Position numbers and translations under genes: made by a program | Part shown: piece after piece, positions 1-8,259 of the stretch | How the letters are laid out: every line of letters begins with the position of its first letter | Position numbering within the stretch: position 1 is the first letter of the stretch | The notes under the pieces: model-generated | Databases searched by the model: none | Told to the model about the DNA's origin: nothing | What the model saw: the letters and a program-made list of their open reading frames with translations, nothing else | DNA from: Candidatus Methylomirabilia bacterium | GTDB taxonomy: Bacteria > Methylomirabilota > Methylomirabilia > Rokubacteriales > CSP1-6 | Assembly: GCA_046758965.1 (NCBI GenBank) | Contig: JBHIBG010000047.1 | Span: 1-19,887, forward strand | Reading direction: 5' to 3' | DNA length: 19,887 nucleotides

Positions 1-157
1 TAGTGCGCGCACACGGCGCACCTGCTGGAGCGATTATTTCAATTGTCTCTCCGTGACCGCGACGCCTCGCTGCCTGGCCTCGAATGAGCCTCAGCTGTTC
101 TACCGCAAGGCTAACGAGTATCCGTACACGCCAAGGCCGGCGTTTGCGGTGGTGAGC

Positions 158-1516
158 TTAAAAGAGTGTGAGGTACGTGTCGAGCTCCGACCGGCTCACC
201 GTGTTGTGGTAGCGAACCCACTCCTGCCGCTTGACCTTGATGAACTCCTCGGTCACCTCCGCCCCGAGCGCCGACTGCACCACGTCGTCCAGCTCGAGCG
301 CCTGAAGGGCCTCGGGCAGGCTCTGGGGGATGAACTGGAGCTTGCGCGCCTTGACCTCCTCGAGCGAGAGCTCGTAGAGGTTGCCGAAGTTCGGCTCGCC
401 CGGATCGAGCTTGCGCCGGATGCCGTCCAATCCGGCCGCGATGAAGGCCGCCATGCCGAAGTAGGGGTTCACGGCTCCCGACACCACCCGGCACTCGAAG
501 CGCCCCGGCTCCGGGGTGCGGAACATCTGAGTGCGGTTGTTGTCCCCGTAGCTGATGCAGGCAGGGGTCCAGGTGAAGCCTGAAGCCGCCCCGGTGAGGA
601 ACTCCCCGACCGAGAGGCGTTTGTAGCAGTTGACCGTGGGCGCCACCACGCAGGTGAGGGCGCGGGCGTGCGCGATGAGACCGCCCAGAAACTGGTAAGC
701 GAGGGGGGACATCCCGAGCCCCCGCCGATCTTTCTCGTCGAGGAAAAGGTTCCGCCGCCCCTCAGGGTCCCACAGGGAGAAATGAAAGTGGCTCCCGTTT
801 CCGGTGAGGTGGGCGAAGGGCTTCGGCATGTGGGTGGCGATGGCCCCGAACCGCCGGGCCACCTGGCTCGTCATCATCTTGAAGAATGTGTAGCGGTCCG
901 CGGTGGTCAGGGCGTTGGCGTAGCGCCAGTTGACCTCGAACTGGGCATTGGCATCCTCGTGATCGGACGCATACGGATCCCAGCCGAGCTGCTCCATGTA
1001 GCGGCTCAGGGTCCGGAGGTATCCCATGTTCGCCGCCAGACTCTTGAAGTCGTAGCACGGCTTCGCCATGGTATCGATCTTGTCGGGGTCGAAGATCGTA
1101 ATCGAGCCATCCTCCTTCCGCTGGACCAGCATGTGTTCGGCTTCGACGCCCACCATCATCGTGTGCCCCTCGCGCCTGAGCTCTGCCAGCGCCCGCCTGA
1201 GCACTGTCCGGGCACAGTAGGGCCACTCCCTGCCATCCACCTGGATGTCGCAGGCGAAGCGGGCAACTCCCTCCTGCCAGGGGACAAGGGTGTAGCTGGC
1301 AAGGTCCGGAACCGCGATCATGTCGTGGGCGTGGGGGCCCTGCCCCATCCCCCAGACCGCGGCGCCGGCGAACCCTGCGCTCCCTGCCAGAAAGTCATCG
1401 AAGGCCCGCGCCGGGATCCCCTTGCAGCGGGGCGTGCCGTGGAGATCCACGTACTGGGCCAGCATGTAGTCCACCTTGTCCTTCTTGAGCCGCTCCTTGA
1501 CCTCTTCCTTGGTCAT
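158..1516 (-). CDS. gmaS: Type III glutamate--ammonia ligase family protein, likely gamma-glutamylmethylamide synthetase (GmaS/GlnT)
   Basis: GS catalytic motifs GVEAEH, DHEDANAQFE, HMPKPF..GNGSHFHFS, YGDNNRT and FECR. GlnT-type features PCYD and SGFTWTP. Start moved to ATG 1516, preceded by GAAGGAG; 452 aa. Co-operonic with mgsABC and sox/mgd-like genes. Confidence 0.88.
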   Translation of the reverse strand: MTKEEVKERLKKDKVDYMLAQYVDLHGTPRCKGIPARAFDDFLAGSAGFAGAAVWGMGQGPHAHDMIAVPDLASYTLVPWQEGVARFACDIQVDGREWPYCARTVLRRALAELRREGHTMMVGVEAEHMLVQRKEDGSITIFDPDKIDTMAKPCYDFKSLAANMGYLRTLSRYMEQLGWDPYASDHEDANAQFEVNWRYANALTTADRYTFFKMMTSQVARRFGAIATHMPKPFAHLTGNGSHFHFSLWDPEGRRNLFLDEKDRRGLGMSPLAYQFLGGLIAHARALTCVVAPTVNCYKRLSVGEFLTGAASGFTWTPACISYGDNNRTQMFRTPEPGRFECRVVSGAVNPYFGMAAFIAAGLDGIRRKLDPGEPNFGNLYELSLEEVKARKLQFIPQSLPEALQALELDDVVQSALGAEVTEEFIKVKRQEWVRYHNTVSRSELDTYLTLF

Positions 1517-1535
1517 GGCGATCTCCTTCGACTCG

Positions 1536-3170
1536 TCAAAACAGCCCGACGATCTGCCCCTGGCCGTCCACGTCAATCCGCTCGGCATTCGGGGCCTTGG
1601 GGAACCCCGGCATCGTCATGATCTCCCCGGTGATGGGAACAAGGAACCCCGCGCCTGCCGAGATCCGCACCTCGTTCACCGTTACGCTGAAGTCGCGAGG
1701 CCGGCCGAGGAGCTCAGGATCGTCGGAGAGCGAGCGCGGGGTCTTGGCCATGCAGATGGGGAGGCCTCCGTACCCCAGCGCCTCAGCCTGCTCGATCTGC
1801 CGCTCGGCCCGCTTGCTATAGATCACCCCCAGGGCGCCATACATCTTTCGCGCGATCAGCTCGATCTTCTCTCGGACCGGGAGCCCCCAGTCGTAGAGAG
1901 GGGCGAAGGCCGGGGGCTCCCGGTCGAGGAGGTCTAGAAGCCCCCGGGCCAGCTCCAGCCCGCCTTCACCCCCGCGCGCATAGGTTTCCGTCAGTGACGT
2001 GCTGACCCCGAGGTCGTCGCAACGCTCCCGGACGAGCATGAGCTCGCGCTCCGTGTCCGAGCTGAAGCGGTTGATCGCCACGATGAGAGGCACCTTGAAC
2101 ATCCGGATGGCCTCCACGTGCTTTTCCAGGTTCGGCACCCCGCGGGCCAGCGCCTTCAGATCCTCGCTCTCGAGCGACGCCAGGGGCACTCCCCCGTGGT
2201 ACTTCAGGGCTCGAGCGGTGGCCACCAGGACCACAGCATCGGGGTGGAGCTCCCCGGCGGGACACTTGATGTCGAAGAACTTCTCCGCCCCGAGGTCGAA
2301 GCCGAAACCCGCCTCGGTGACGCAGAGCTCGCCGAGCTTGACGGCCAGCTTGGTAGCGACGACGGAGTTACAGCCGTGGGCGATGTTGGCGAACGGGCCG
2401 CCGTGGACGAGGGCCGGGGTTCCTTCCAGGCTCTGAACCAGGTTGGGGTGGATCGCCTCGCGGAGAAGTGCCGTCATAGCCCCGCTCACGCCGAGCGCCT
2501 CAGCGAGCACCGGTCGGTTATCAAAGGTAAACGCCACCAGGGCCTGGCCGAGGCGTCGCTTGAGGTCGAAGAGGTTCACGGCGAGACAGAGAATGGCCAT
2601 CACCTCGGAGGCCGCGGTGATCAGGAAACCGTCCTCCCGGGGGTAGCCCTGGCTCTTGCCGCCGAGGCCCAGGACGATCTGGCGGAGGGCGCGGTCGTTC
2701 ATGTCCATCACGCGACGCCATAGGATCTGCCGGGGGTCGATCCTCAGGGAGTTGCCGTGGAAGAGGTGGTTGTCGATCGCGGCAGCCAGCAGGTTGTGGG
2801 CCGTCGTCACCGCATGGAGGTCGCCGGTGAAGTGGAGGTTGATCTCATCAGTCGGGACCACTTGAGAGCGCCCGCCTCCGGTGCCTCCCCCTTTCTGTCC
2901 GAGGCACGGGCCGATCGAGGGCTCGCGGATCGCGATGACGGCCCGCTTCCCCAGCCGGGTCAGGGCCTGACCCAGACCGATGGTGACTGTGGTTTTCCCC
3001 TCGCCGGGTGGGGACGGGTTGATGGAGGAGACGACGACGAGCTTGCCGTCCCGCCGTTCACGCCGCGACTCCAGCGCGGAGAGGTCCACCTTGGCCTTAT
3101 ATCGTCCGTAGGGGATGAGCTCCTCCTCGCGGAGCCCGACTGACAGCGCCACCTCGCTGATGGGTCTCAT
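1536..3170 (-). CDS. fhs: Formate--tetrahydrofolate ligase
   Basis: Motifs GEGKTT, REPSIGP..G.KGG..GGG, INLHFTGD, HGGPFANIAHGCNS, TEAGFGFDLGAEKF, PICMAKT and IMTMPG. 544 aa; RBS GGAGGGAG upstream. Confidence 0.97.
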   Translation of the reverse strand: MRPISEVALSVGLREEELIPYGRYKAKVDLSALESRRERRDGKLVVVSSINPSPPGEGKTTVTIGLGQALTRLGKRAVIAIREPSIGPCLGQKGGGTGGGRSQVVPTDEINLHFTGDLHAVTTAHNLLAAAIDNHLFHGNSLRIDPRQILWRRVMDMNDRALRQIVLGLGGKSQGYPREDGFLITAASEVMAILCLAVNLFDLKRRLGQALVAFTFDNRPVLAEALGVSGAMTALLREAIHPNLVQSLEGTPALVHGGPFANIAHGCNSVVATKLAVKLGELCVTEAGFGFDLGAEKFFDIKCPAGELHPDAVVLVATARALKYHGGVPLASLESEDLKALARGVPNLEKHVEAIRMFKVPLIVAINRFSSDTERELMLVRERCDDLGVSTSLTETYARGGEGGLELARGLLDLLDREPPAFAPLYDWGLPVREKIELIARKMYGALGVIYSKRAERQIEQAEALGYGGLPICMAKTPRSLSDDPELLGRPRDFSVTVNEVRISAGAGFLVPITGEIMTMPGFPKAPNAERIDVDGQGQIVGLF

Positions 3171-3212
3171 TCGGCTCCCTCCTGCGAGCTCCCGTTCGTC
3201 GGCAGCCTCATC

Positions 3213-4424
3213 TCAATGAGAGACCGCCGCCGCAGCTTTCTCCCCCACCAGGTGGTCGTCCCAGAAGCGGGTGATGGAGAACGGCTTGAGGAGTTCCGGT
3301 GTCCTCCCCGTGGCGATCAACTCGGCGATCCGCTTGCCGGCCACCGGCCCGGCCTTGAACCCGTAAGTTCCCCACCCGACATCGAGGATGAGCCCTTTAA
3401 TCCCCGGGACCTCGCCCATGATCGGCGAGTAGTCCGGGGTGATATCGCAGATCCCTGTCCACTGCCGCAGCACGCGGACGTGCTTCAGGCACGGGAGAAG
3501 CTCGAGCGTGTGCTGGGCCGTGCTCTCCAGGAACGGCAGCGTGGACCGATGGCTGTAGGAGGTGTAAGGGTCGATCTCCGAGCCGATCACGCACTCCCCG
3601 CGGTCAGTCTGGCTCACGTAGACGTGGAGGTTGGCCGAGACGATCACCTTGTCGAGAAAGGGGGTGAGCGGCTCGGTGACGAAGGCCTGGAGCGGGTGGG
3701 TGACGATCGGGAGCCTCAGGTTTGTCAGCCTGGCGATCGTCGAGCAGAAGCCGGCCGTGGCGTTGACGACTTTGCCGGTCCGGATCTCCCCCCGGGATGT
3801 CTGCACCGAGGTGACGCTGCCGTTGGACCGGCCGATTGCCGTCGCCTCAGTGAAGGGATGGATGGCGATCCCCATCCGGTCCGCCCCCCGGGCATATCCC
3901 CACACCACGGCATCGTGGCGGATGATCCCGCCGGGGGCGTGGTGGAGGGCCCCCAGGATCGGGTAGCGGGGCCGGGTGGAGATGTCGATGGCCGGGACCA
4001 GCCGCTTGATCTCCTCGGGCCAGATCAGGCGGCTCTCGACCCCCATGAGCTTGTTGACCTCCGCCCTGACCCTGAGCCCGTTGACGGCGGAGTCGGTGTG
4101 GGCGAGGGTGAGGTGCCCCTGCTGGGAAAAGAGGAGGTTGTATCCCAGCTCGGCCGACAGCTTCTCGTAAAGCCGGACTGATTCGTCGTAGAAGACCACG
4201 CCTTCGGGCGTCCGGTAGTTTGAGCGGATGATCGCGGTGTTCCGGCCGCTGGCCCCGCTGCCGATGTACCCTTTCTCAAGCACCGCCACATCCGTGAGGC
4301 CGAGCTTTCCTAAGTAGTACGCGGTCGCCAGGCCGTGGACCCCCCCGCCGATAATCACGACATCGTAGCGGTCCTTCAGCGGGCGGGATCTCCACATCCG
4401 GTCTCGCTTGAGAAGCTGCCACAT
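3213..4424 (-). CDS. soxB: Sarcosine oxidase beta-subunit family FAD protein; probable N-methylglutamate dehydrogenase subunit (MgdA-like)
   Basis: GGGVHG dinucleotide motif, GSGASGRNTAIIRSNY, RHDAVVWGYA (the His that carries covalent FMN in heterotetrameric sarcosine oxidases), HPLQAFVTEP, GWGTYGFKA and C-terminal AAAVSH. Confidence 0.92.
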   Translation of the reverse strand: MWQLLKRDRMWRSRPLKDRYDVVIIGGGVHGLATAYYLGKLGLTDVAVLEKGYIGSGASGRNTAIIRSNYRTPEGVVFYDESVRLYEKLSAELGYNLLFSQQGHLTLAHTDSAVNGLRVRAEVNKLMGVESRLIWPEEIKRLVPAIDISTRPRYPILGALHHAPGGIIRHDAVVWGYARGADRMGIAIHPFTEATAIGRSNGSVTSVQTSRGEIRTGKVVNATAGFCSTIARLTNLRLPIVTHPLQAFVTEPLTPFLDKVIVSANLHVYVSQTDRGECVIGSEIDPYTSYSHRSTLPFLESTAQHTLELLPCLKHVRVLRQWTGICDITPDYSPIMGEVPGIKGLILDVGWGTYGFKAGPVAGKRIAELIATGRTPELLKPFSITRFWDDHLVGEKAAAAVSH

Positions 4425-4427
4425 GTT

Positions 4428-5105
4428 TTACTTCTCTCCTCGCAGGAGACGCGCGGCAGCCAGGCCAAAGGCGACGAGGCCGAGGCTTTCTCCAGCCTTC
4501 CGGATAGCCTCCCACCCATACTCCCCGAGCTCCCATCCCAGAAGGAGCAGGTAGGTGGGGAGACTCCCCCAATCTTCCCTGAAGACGATCGTGTGGACCT
4601 TGGCGAGACCGCCCTCGACGCACGCCCCGTCGGGGAAGGCATGGGGGCGGATGTCCAGCGAGGTCAGCTTCGCCAGCACCTCCCCGGCTCTGGGGCCCAC
4701 GAGTGCCAGGGCCGACAGAGCCGAGGTCAGGTCAGTCAGGTGAGCGCAGCACGGCACCCGGCTCAGGGTTTGGAGAAGTCCCTCGGCGGTCTGCCCTTGG
4801 CGCCCCGGCGCCGTGAGCAGGAGGAAGTGGTCGGGCCTCAGACGAAGCACCGAGAGGCGATCCTGAGGGGTGAAGCCAGCGAGGAGTCGCTCAACTTCAC
4901 GCCCGGCGAGATCAAGCTTCCCGATCGCGCTCACATCCTGGAGGCCGACGCTTTGCCTCACCTGTTCGGCCTCCTCTTCAGCGTCACCGAAAGCCTCTGG
5001 CAGACGCCACTCCCCTTCCTCCACCCAGCGGGCTCCGAGCGCCAGATGGGCCCGGTAGAGCGCGCTGACCTTGTAAGGACGGAAGAGAGGGGTCGCCATC
5101 TTCAA
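4428..5105 (-). CDS. soxG: Sarcosine oxidase gamma-like / GcvT folate-binding-fold subunit (MgdD-like)
   Basis: DVSAIGKLDL, LRPDHFLLL, TDLTSALSALALVGP..EVLAKLTSLD and FPDGAC; sits between the alpha and beta genes. Start is either TTG 5105 (overlapping the alpha stop) or ATG 5099. Confidence 0.8.
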   Translation of the reverse strand: MKMATPLFRPYKVSALYRAHLALGARWVEEGEWRLPEAFGDAEEEAEQVRQSVGLQDVSAIGKLDLAGREVERLLAGFTPQDRLSVLRLRPDHFLLLTAPGRQGQTAEGLLQTLSRVPCCAHLTDLTSALSALALVGPRAGEVLAKLTSLDIRPHAFPDGACVEGGLAKVHTIVFREDWGSLPTYLLLLGWELGEYGWEAIRKAGESLGLVAFGLAAARLLRGEK

Positions 5106-7993
5106 CTTCTCAGGCGCTTCCCTTCCGGATCATAGAACGGCTTTGTCACGACGCGCCCCAGCTGGATTTGCCCGTCGCATTTGACGTTGATGGTGCCCCC
5201 GTCGATAGCCAGCTCGCTCGGCACCCACGCCATCCCGATCGCGCGAGCGAGCAGAGCGCTCCACTTGGCGCTCGTCACTCGCCCCACGGGGAGACCGTCA
5301 GCCACGACCGCGTCGCCTTCGCCGGGGACCACCGGGGCGAGCATCTCGAATCCCACCAGCCGCTGACGAAGCCCGCGGGCCTTGACGCTTGCGAGGGCCG
5401 CCCGCCCGATGAAGTCAGGTTTGTCTAGCTTCACGACCCAGGCCATGTCTGCCTCCAGGGGATTACTGAGGGCATCGGTGTCGTGGCTCGGGATAATATG
5501 AAGCTTCTCCAATCGGAGCACCCGCTGCGCCTCGACCCCGAAGGGAGCGATGTCAAGCTCCCGCCCAGCCTCCGATAAGGCCTCCCAGAGATACGCCCCG
5601 TACTCGGCCGGGAAGTGCATTTCGTACCCCAGCTCTCCCACAAAGCCGATCCGCAAGATAAGGACGGGAATTCCCGCCACCTTGCCCTGTGCCGCAGCCA
5701 GGTAAGGCAGCGCCCCGGCTGAGAGATCGAGGTCGGTGAGCCTCGCGAGCACCTCCCGGGACTTCGGACCGGCCAGGTTAATGGCCGCCAGGCCGCCGGT
5801 CACGTCGGTCACGTGGACGCAGTGGCCACTGCCGGCGAGCCACCACTCCAGCCACTGCTCCACGACTTCAAGGCTTCCGCTCCCGGTGGTGAGGAAGAAA
5901 TGGTCCTCGCTGAGGCGCGCCACCGTGCCGTCATCCAGGATGATCCCGGCATCGTCCAGCATGGCGCGATAGCGCACCCGCCCCACCTTCAGGTCGCTGA
6001 ACCGGTTGGGGTGGATCCAGTCGAGGAACTGAGCGGCGTCTTTCCCCTTGATGTCCAGCTTCCCGAGCGTGCTCACGTCGATCAGCCCGACTCGCTCGTG
6101 GACAGCGCGGCATTCAGCCTCCACGGAGGTGTAGACCAGGGGCCGTTTCCACAGGCCCATATCCATCCACGTGGCGCCGAGCGCTGCGTGGAGGTGGTGG
6201 AGGGGGGTGCGCTTCACGGGCTCGTGGTGCGGGCCCGCCAGCACGCCCAGCGGGACAGGCTTGACCGGTGGGCGAGCGGTGGTGGTCCCGGTCTCCGGAA
6301 TGCTCCGCCCGGTCTCAGCCGCACAGACGCCGATGGATGAGAAGTGGCACATCTTTCCCTGACAGGGGCCCATCGTCACCGTGGTGTAGCGTTTGAGGAT
6401 CTCGATGTGGTCGAAGCCCTCCCTGATCGCATCGGACAGATCCTTTTCGGTCACGTCCTCACAGAGGCAGACGAAGCGCTTCTGCTTCGGGTGGGGGACG
6501 CCCACGAGAGGCCGGATGGACAGGGGCTGGGAGGCCTCCACCTCGAGGGCCTCGGCCAGAGCCTGGCTGCCGCGGTCGCCGGCGCCGAGAGAGTGCGCCG
6601 CCTTGAGTCCCGCAACTCGGCCGTCGCGTTGGATGGCGGAGAGCCCGCGGGCTCCCTTGACCTCGCCCGCGGCGAAGAGCCAGGCGGGGAAGTCCGCCGG
6701 AAAGAAGGCGCCGAGATCGGTGCGATAGACAAGCCGGGCATCACCCTGAGCGAGCAGGGCGGTGGAGGGTTCCCAGCCCGTGGCCAGAGCGAGAAGGTCA
6801 CACTGAACCGTCTGCTCCGAGCCTGCGATTGGCCTGGCGCTCTGATCCAGACTGGCGAGGACGGCGGAATCCAGGCGCTTCTTGCCCCTCGCTTCCAGGA
6901 CGGTGTGGCCAGGGAGGATCGGGATCCGAGCCTCGCGAAGTCGCCTGGCCTCGGCGGAGTCCTGAGGCTCCGGACGCGCATCCGCCACGGCCGCGACCTC
7001 CAGCCCCGCAGCCGAGAGTTCTCGGGTGAGTTTCAGGCCCCGGTCGCTGTTGGCAATCACGACGGCCCGCTGTCCCGGCTTGACCCCGTAGAGCGTTATG
7101 AGACGTTGGAGGCCTTCGCCTAAGAAGACGCCGGGGCGGTCGTTGTGCTGAAAGACGAGAGGTCTCTCGAAGCCCCCGGTGGCCACCACGATCCGCTGGG
7201 CTCTGATCTTGATCAGGCGCTCGCCCTGGACCACCGCGAGGAGCCGACCGTCGTAGAGCCCGAAGGCCGTCGCTCCCGCGAGGTGATCCACCCGCGGCTC
7301 GGCCCGGATGCGATCGGCCAGAGCCCGGGCCAGCTCGTAACCGGGCAGCCCGTCTTCGGACGGGAGGAGCTGCCACTGGAGATGTCCCCCCAGGGTTGGC
7401 TCGTCATCGATGAGGAGGACCTCCACACCGAGGCGGGCGGCCTCGAGGGCCGCGGCGATCCCGGCAGGGCCGCCGCCCACAACCGCAAGATCGGCGATGC
7501 GGTGGAGATGTTCACCGTGCCCCTCGGGCTCTCGCGTGAGATCCAGGCGGCCCAGGCCGGCGAGGTGCCTCAGGACTTTCTCGTAGCTCGGCCAGAGCCA
7601 GGTGGGATGGATAAAGGTCTTATGGTAGAAGCCCACCGGGAGGACCCGGTCCAGCCTGTCGAAGCCCGCGAAGAGGTCGCGATCCAGGGAGGGCCAGGCG
7701 TGCTGACCCCGGGCCCTCATCCCGTGGCGCGCCGGCTCGACGCACGTCCTGACATTCGGAATCCCGTTTACGTCCATGAAGCAGTTCGCGCAGCGGCCGG
7801 CTACGCAGAGAAGCCCTCGCGGGCGGTGGTACTTGAAGCTTCGGCTGAAGATCCTGACCCCCGAGGCGTAGAGCGCCGCGGCCACGCTCTCGCCCTCGTA
7901 CGCCTGAATCGGCCGTCCCTCGAAGGTGAAGACAATCGGCTTTCCGCGGTTGACGCGCTGCGCCGGATGCGGTGGCAGGCGCGAGTCGCTCAC
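5102..7993 (-). CDS. soxA: Sarcosine oxidase alpha-subunit family protein (2Fe-2S + NAD/FAD Rossmann + BFD-like + GcvT domains); probable MgdC-like subunit
   Basis: SRSFKYHRPRG, VGFYHKTF, VVGGGPAG, ATGGFER, EILKRYTT..MG..QGK, TTARPP, DVSTLGK, RIGFVGELGYE, LRLEK and FYDPEG. Start moved to GTG 7993, which gives a GTGA overlap with the soxD stop and has GGAG upstream; 963 aa. The ORF-track extension to 8314 overlaps soxD in another frame. Confidence 0.92.
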   Translation of the reverse strand: MSDSRLPPHPAQRVNRGKPIVFTFEGRPIQAYEGESVAAALYASGVRIFSRSFKYHRPRGLLCVAGRCANCFMDVNGIPNVRTCVEPARHGMRARGQHAWPSLDRDLFAGFDRLDRVLPVGFYHKTFIHPTWLWPSYEKVLRHLAGLGRLDLTREPEGHGEHLHRIADLAVVGGGPAGIAAALEAARLGVEVLLIDDEPTLGGHLQWQLLPSEDGLPGYELARALADRIRAEPRVDHLAGATAFGLYDGRLLAVVQGERLIKIRAQRIVVATGGFERPLVFQHNDRPGVFLGEGLQRLITLYGVKPGQRAVVIANSDRGLKLTRELSAAGLEVAAVADARPEPQDSAEARRLREARIPILPGHTVLEARGKKRLDSAVLASLDQSARPIAGSEQTVQCDLLALATGWEPSTALLAQGDARLVYRTDLGAFFPADFPAWLFAAGEVKGARGLSAIQRDGRVAGLKAAHSLGAGDRGSQALAEALEVEASQPLSIRPLVGVPHPKQKRFVCLCEDVTEKDLSDAIREGFDHIEILKRYTTVTMGPCQGKMCHFSSIGVCAAETGRSIPETGTTTARPPVKPVPLGVLAGPHHEPVKRTPLHHLHAALGATWMDMGLWKRPLVYTSVEAECRAVHERVGLIDVSTLGKLDIKGKDAAQFLDWIHPNRFSDLKVGRVRYRAMLDDAGIILDDGTVARLSEDHFFLTTGSGSLEVVEQWLEWWLAGSGHCVHVTDVTGGLAAINLAGPKSREVLARLTDLDLSAGALPYLAAAQGKVAGIPVLILRIGFVGELGYEMHFPAEYGAYLWEALSEAGRELDIAPFGVEAQRVLRLEKLHIIPSHDTDALSNPLEADMAWVVKLDKPDFIGRAALASVKARGLRQRLVGFEMLAPVVPGEGDAVVADGLPVGRVTSAKWSALLARAIGMAWVPSELAIDGGTINVKCDGQIQLGRVVTKPFYDPEGKRLRS

Positions 7994-8253
7994 GCCGGTT
8001 TCTCCCCCGGGCGGAAGACCTCGAGCACGGCATTGGTTGTCGTGTCCCGGATCGCGAGAAACCAGCTCCGGCAGCCCAGCCGGTGATACCACCACTCCGT
8101 CTGCGCTCCGGCCTCGTTGGCGCGGAGGTAGAGGTACTCGACCCACGCCTCGGGTGAGGCTTCCGGTTCCGGCCGCTTCTGATACTCGCCGCCGAAGCGG
8201 AACTCGTAGACATCCCGGGGGCCGCAATCGGGACAGGGAAGCAGGAAGGACAT
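7990..8253 (-). CDS. soxD: Sarcosine oxidase delta subunit (zinc-binding; MgdB-like)
   Basis: 87 aa with CPDCGPR..YEF.FGG, W..YLYLR.N and EWWYH..GC..W...RDT.TN, giving the Cys3His zinc site of SoxD. Confidence 0.93.
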   Translation of the reverse strand: MSFLLPCPDCGPRDVYEFRFGGEYQKRPEPEASPEAWVEYLYLRANEAGAQTEWWYHRLGCRSWFLAIRDTTTNAVLEVFRPGEKPA

Positions 8254-8259
8254 GCCGCG

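Noticed and set aside
102..150. Inverted repeat ACCGCAA...TTGCGGT after gmaS as a terminator
   Set aside because: The stem is short, the loop is long and there is no U-tract, so it is not supportable as an intrinsic terminator.
1517..1588. N-terminal extension of the glutamine synthetase-like ORF
   Set aside because: It overlaps the fhs 3' end, and ATG 1516 has a strong GAAGGAG RBS.
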